From the NCBI GenBank assembly GCA_016218485.1, contig JACRDY010000059.1:11529-75528 (forward strand): DNA of 64,000 nt, given 5' to 3'. The notes beneath the pieces were generated by a model that saw only the letters and a program-made list of their open reading frames with translations, was not told the origin of the DNA and ran no database searches. The position numbers and the translations under genes are program-made. Each line of letters opens with the position of its first letter. The stretch's first letter is position 1. Below are positions 60,110-64,000 of this stretch, piece after piece. The stretch comes from Candidatus Falkowbacteria bacterium (GTDB taxonomy: Bacteria > Patescibacteriota > Patescibacteriia > JACRDY01).

Positions 60110-60200
60110 CAAGGGAACGACACGCCCTCTGGGCGTGTTATGTCGGTTACACGCTCTGTAACGATAACACAGCCAGAGGCTGTGTCGCTCCGAACAGCAT

Positions 60201-61841
60201 ATGCCAACCTGTAAACAATGCACCACCGACTTTCCCATCACCGACGCAGACAAAACGTTCTACGCTAAGATTAGCGTACCCGAGCCGACGCGCTGTCCGG
60301 ACTGCCGGCAGCAGCGACGGTTGTCGTGGGTCAATGAAATGAATCTATATCCCCGTCAGTGCGACCTATCAGGTAAAAATATTATTTCGTCATGTCGGCC
60401 GGATAGCGGCTTGATTATTTATGATACTCACCGGTGGTGGGGTGACGGCTGGGAAGGTCTGAATTTTGGGGTTGAGTATAATGAGGGTCAAAAATTTTTT
60501 GATCAATTTTTTGCATTACATAAGACCGTACCCCATCCAGCGCTCAACGTTACCTATGGCACGTTGATTGACAGCGAGTACGTGAATTACTGTGGTCATA
60601 CCAAAAGTAGCTACCTGATATTTGACAGTGACTACGATGAGGATTGCTATTACTGCTATTCAGTTAATAATTCTAAAGACCTGGTTGATTGTTTAAAAAT
60701 GCAGCGTTCTGAATTGTGCTATAGCTGTATTGACTGCGATGAATGTTTTAACTTGTTTTACTCTCAAGATTGTTTGCGCTGTTCCGAGAGTTATTGGTTA
60801 AAAAACTGTTACAACTGCGTCAATTGTTTTGGCTGCGTGAATGCGCGGAATCAGAAGTATTGTTGGTTCAACGAACAATTAACGCCGGAAGAATATCAAC
60901 GTCGTTTAGCCGGAGCTACCATCAGCAGCCGTCAGGCGGTTAGACAGTGGCAGACGAAGTATGCGGATTTTAGATTGCAGTATCCCTGTATTTACCAGCA
61001 CGGGATCAAAAATGACGGCTGTACCGGCGATTACCTGAAAAACACCAATCAAGTCGCTGATTCGTATGATTGCTGGGAGGCGCAGAATTGCCGCTACTGT
61101 TACGCGATTTATTTTTCCTCAAAAGATATGTATGACGTTTTCCAGTGGGGGAATTGTCAGCTGATGTATGAAGGCGTGGTGGTGGGGGAGAATGATTATA
61201 ACTGCAAATTTTGTTTCCAATGCTATAACAGCTGTCAAAACCTAGAATACTGTTTTGAGAGTCATGGCTGCAAAAACTGCTTTGGCTGTGTTGGCTTAAA
61301 GAAAAAAGAATTTTGCATTCTTAATAAACAGTATACCGAACCGGAGTACTTACGATTACGGGAACAGATTATTCAGAAAATGAAAGCCGATGGTGAATAT
61401 GGCGAGTTTTTCCCGGCGGCATATTCTCCGTTTGGTTATAATGAAACGACGGCCCGGTTTTACTATCCGTTGTCGCGCGAGCAGGCGCTGGAACGTGGCT
61501 GGCGCTGGTTTGATCAAGAGGAAAAGAACGTTGATCATAAAGCACCGCCGGATGATTTGGGAATGGTGACCGAGGATATATTGAGAGAAACGTACGTCTG
61601 CGCCTGTGGCAAGTCGTTCAAAATTATTCCCCAGGAATGGAAATTTTATCAGAATTTAAAAATCCCTCTGCCCGATCAATGTTACATCTGCCGTCATCAG
61701 GATAGACTACGGCAGCGCAACCCGCAGCATCTCTGGCCGCGTCAGTGTGCCAAATGTCAGAAAGACATGCAGACGACATATGCTCCGGACCGGCCGGAAA
61801 TAGTCTACTGTCGTGAATGTTTCCGCGAGGCAGTGTATTAG
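60201..61841 (+). CDS. Cys-rich repeat protein, paralogue 6
   Basis: Same architecture; ends VYCRECFREAVY. Confidence 0.88.
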   Translation: MPTCKQCTTDFPITDADKTFYAKISVPEPTRCPDCRQQRRLSWVNEMNLYPRQCDLSGKNIISSCRPDSGLIIYDTHRWWGDGWEGLNFGVEYNEGQKFFDQFFALHKTVPHPALNVTYGTLIDSEYVNYCGHTKSSYLIFDSDYDEDCYYCYSVNNSKDLVDCLKMQRSELCYSCIDCDECFNLFYSQDCLRCSESYWLKNCYNCVNCFGCVNARNQKYCWFNEQLTPEEYQRRLAGATISSRQAVRQWQTKYADFRLQYPCIYQHGIKNDGCTGDYLKNTNQVADSYDCWEAQNCRYCYAIYFSSKDMYDVFQWGNCQLMYEGVVVGENDYNCKFCFQCYNSCQNLEYCFESHGCKNCFGCVGLKKKEFCILNKQYTEPEYLRLREQIIQKMKADGEYGEFFPAAYSPFGYNETTARFYYPLSREQALERGWRWFDQEEKNVDHKAPPDDLGMVTEDILRETYVCACGKSFKIIPQEWKFYQNLKIPLPDQCYICRHQDRLRQRNPQHLWPRQCAKCQKDMQTTYAPDRPEIVYCRECFREAVY

Positions 61842-61902
61842 ACACAGATTACACAGATAATCACAACTGGCACAGATCCGTGTGATCTGTGTAATCTGTG
61901 TC
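61841..61902. repeat. Inverted 9-mer (ACACAGATT) array element
   Basis: GACACAGATTACACAGAT / ATCTGTGTAATCTGTGTC. Confidence 0.85.
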
Positions 61903-61963
61903 TAAAAAAAAGAGCCGGCGGACGCGCCAGGCGAGGTGGATACTTCGCGCGTCCGTCGGTTTT

Positions 61964-62257
61964 TTAGTGCAGTAGCGGAGTGTCGCTGCTGGCTCCGCAG
62001 TCGTGGATGACGGGACCCGGAGCATCGTCAGCGGTGAAGCTGACATTACAGATGTTGCAATACCATCGCGTGCCGCCTTCACCGACCACGGCCATCCGTG
62101 TTTTGGCTGGCGGCGTCGCCGCCGGTGCGGTGGTGGCGAATGCGGTTGTTGTCAGTACTGTGTGGCATTCCGGGCAGCGTCCGGTACTGGCGGACGGATC
62201 ACCGTGCCAGCCGCACCCCGCACAAGTCGTATACTGTCTGGCTTGCATCCCAGGCAT
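61964..62257 (-). CDS. Small double zinc-ribbon-like protein
   Basis: CAGC...CPEC and CNIC...HDC; AGGAGG RBS. Confidence 0.65.
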   Translation of the reverse strand: MPGMQARQYTTCAGCGWHGDPSASTGRCPECHTVLTTTAFATTAPAATPPAKTRMAVVGEGGTRWYCNICNVSFTADDAPGPVIHDCGASSDTPLLH

Positions 62258-62414
62258 TGTCCCCTCCTATGGTTTGAGGATGTCTATAGGGTACAGGGAT
62301 TTTTTCTTTTTGTCAAAGGTATTTAAAAGGTATTTAAAATCCACATTATTTTCGGGGGACGAATTTTGTGCTATACTGTGTTTACCGATATATCAATAAT
62401 TAAAGAGGTATTTA

Positions 62415-62536
62415 GATATTAGAAATTAGATATTGGAAATTAAAGACTCTACTTTTCTGGTTAACCGGGGTTTTAAAATCTTGGTTAAGAAAGACATTGC
62501 TGACAAACAATTTCCAATATCTAATTTCCAATTTCT
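62415..62536. repeat. MITE-like element with GAAATT(A/G) heptamer ends
   Basis: Inverted homologue of 8072-8216. Confidence 0.8.
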
Positions 62537-62543
62537 ATTTTTT

Positions 62544-63803
62544 ATGAAAATAAAACAAATCCGCGCTCGTGAGATTCTTGATTCTCGCGGCGACCCGACC
62601 GTTGAGGTCGAGGTAGTGTTGAGGAACGGCATTCGGGTGAAAGCTTCAGTACCCTCCGGCGCTTCCACGGGCGCGCATGAGGCTTGGGAGTTCCGTGACG
62701 GCGACAAGAAACGGTACGGTGGTAAGGGTGTGTTGAAAGCGGTACGAAACGTCAATGACAAAATCGCGCCGATGCTTCTGGGCCAGCGTGCCAATAAGCA
62801 GTCGTACCTGGATGAACTGATGATTAAGTTGGACGGCACCAAGAACAAGCAGAATCTCGGCGCTAATGCCATTCTCGGTGTGTCACTGGCAGTTGCCCGC
62901 GCCGCCGCGGCGAGTAAAGGCTGGCCTTTGTATAAATACCTCCGGACGTTGTCGTCGCTGGAACTGATGCGCTACCAGCTGCCCATGCCGATGTTTAATA
63001 TTTTTAACGGCGGTAAGCACGCCGACACCAATCTTGATTTCCAGGAATTCATGATCATCCCGAAAGGGCTGAACGGCAGCTTCGCGGAAAAAGTTCGGGC
63101 GGGCGCGGAAGTCTTTCATGCGCTTGGTAAAGTGCTCTTGGCCAACGGCAAAGATACCGATGTGGGGAATGAGGGCGGGTACGCGCCGGATATTCACCTG
63201 ACGACTGACGCCATCAAGTATATTCTGACGGCGATTACCAAAGCCGGATACAATAAGGGTAAACAGCAGATTTTTCTCGGCACTGACGTGGGCGCGTCCG
63301 AGCTCTACCGCAAGAGCCAAAAAGAGTATCATTTTCAGCTCGGGGTTCATCGCCTCAACCGTCAGCAGATGATTGACGAGTTTGCCGAATGGCTGACTAA
63401 GTATCCATTCTGTTCCATTGAAGACCCGCTGGATCAGGATGATTGGCTCGGCTGGCAGCAAATCACCAAACAGCTGGGCAGAAAGGTGATGCTGGTGGGC
63501 GATGATCTGTTTGTTACCAATGTCGATCGTTTAACCATAGGTATTAGTAAAAATGCGGGCAATGCCGTTTTGGTCAAGCTCAATCAAGTCGGCAGCCTGT
63601 CTGAAACCCTGCGCTGTATTGAGCTGGCTAAGGCGCATCGCTACAATGTGGTGATTTCGCACCGCTCTGGTGAAACATCCGATGATTTTATCGCTGATCT
63701 GGCCGTGGCGGTCAATGCCGAGTATATCAAGTCAGGGTCGCTGTCCCGCGGCGAGCGTCTGGCCAAGTATAATCGGCTGATGGAAATTGAGAGAGAAATT
63801 TAA
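62544..63803 (+). CDS. eno: Enolase
   Basis: EILDSRGDPTVEVE, VPSGASTG, SHRSGET, ERLAKYNRL. Confidence 0.97.
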   Translation: MKIKQIRAREILDSRGDPTVEVEVVLRNGIRVKASVPSGASTGAHEAWEFRDGDKKRYGGKGVLKAVRNVNDKIAPMLLGQRANKQSYLDELMIKLDGTKNKQNLGANAILGVSLAVARAAAASKGWPLYKYLRTLSSLELMRYQLPMPMFNIFNGGKHADTNLDFQEFMIIPKGLNGSFAEKVRAGAEVFHALGKVLLANGKDTDVGNEGGYAPDIHLTTDAIKYILTAITKAGYNKGKQQIFLGTDVGASELYRKSQKEYHFQLGVHRLNRQQMIDEFAEWLTKYPFCSIEDPLDQDDWLGWQQITKQLGRKVMLVGDDLFVTNVDRLTIGISKNAGNAVLVKLNQVGSLSETLRCIELAKAHRYNVVISHRSGETSDDFIADLAVAVNAEYIKSGSLSRGERLAKYNRLMEIEREI

Positions 63804-63890
63804 GATTGCAGATTTCAGATTGCAGATTGGTATAGTAGTAACGTTACGTACCAACCCAATCTGCAATCTGAAATCTGCAATCTGAAATCT
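63803..63890. repeat. Inverted (AGATT[G/T]C)n heptamer element
   Basis: Fills the eno-gpmI gap. Confidence 0.9.
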
Positions 63891-63893
63891 ACT

Positions 63894-64000
63894 ATGTCCC
63901 ACACTTTCCAGCCCACTGTCCTCTGCATCCTTGATGGTTTTGGCGTGGCCAAGCCGTCAAAGGCGAATGCCGTGACGCGCGCCAAGATGCCGGTCTATAC
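63894..64000 (+). CDS. gpmI: 2,3-BPG-independent phosphoglycerate mutase (3' truncated by window)
   Basis: PTVLCILDGFG...NAVTRAKMP; follows eno. Confidence 0.85.
   Translation, partial: MSHTFQPTVLCILDGFGVAKPSKANAVTRAKMPVY

Noticed and set aside
53092-60191. Junction repeats as a CRISPR array or as integron attC sites
   Set aside because: The repeats are separated by 1.7-kb genes, not 30-40-nt spacers. No cas or integrase gene is in the window, and I saw no clear RYYYAAC/GTTRRRY ends.

Overview
This 64-kb window is a bacterial chromosomal segment. Gene content and style suggest a Patescibacteria/CPR (Parcubacteria-like) genome; this is inferred, not proven. Housekeeping genes: miaA, gatB, a dTTP-synthesis cluster (tmk, DHFR-like, thyA, dut, kinase, dCMP deaminase), secE-nusG-rplK-rplA, pilT, PBP/murF, tRNA-Glu, glnA, typA, purL, uvrB/A/C, rpsB-tsf, gap, eno and the start of gpmI. 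Unexplained structure falls into four groups. (1) Many gene boundaries carry inverted arrays of 7-9-nt tandem repeats, with many different units but one architecture. One pair encloses a four-helix-bundle (Avd/IVP-like) gene, and some arrays have entered coding sequence. (2) A D-armless tRNA/tmRNA-like RNA is followed by a separately promoted small RNA complementary to its central arm, and a degenerate second copy of this module lies 28 kb away. (3) A tandem array of six Cys-rich paralogues has homogenised ends and repeat-containing junctions. (4) The window also holds several REP/MITE families, a 6S-like rod RNA, duplication-bounded insertions at typA and purL, and a poly-G-split membrane protein gene. 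All calls come from reading the sequence; no database search or folding program was run.
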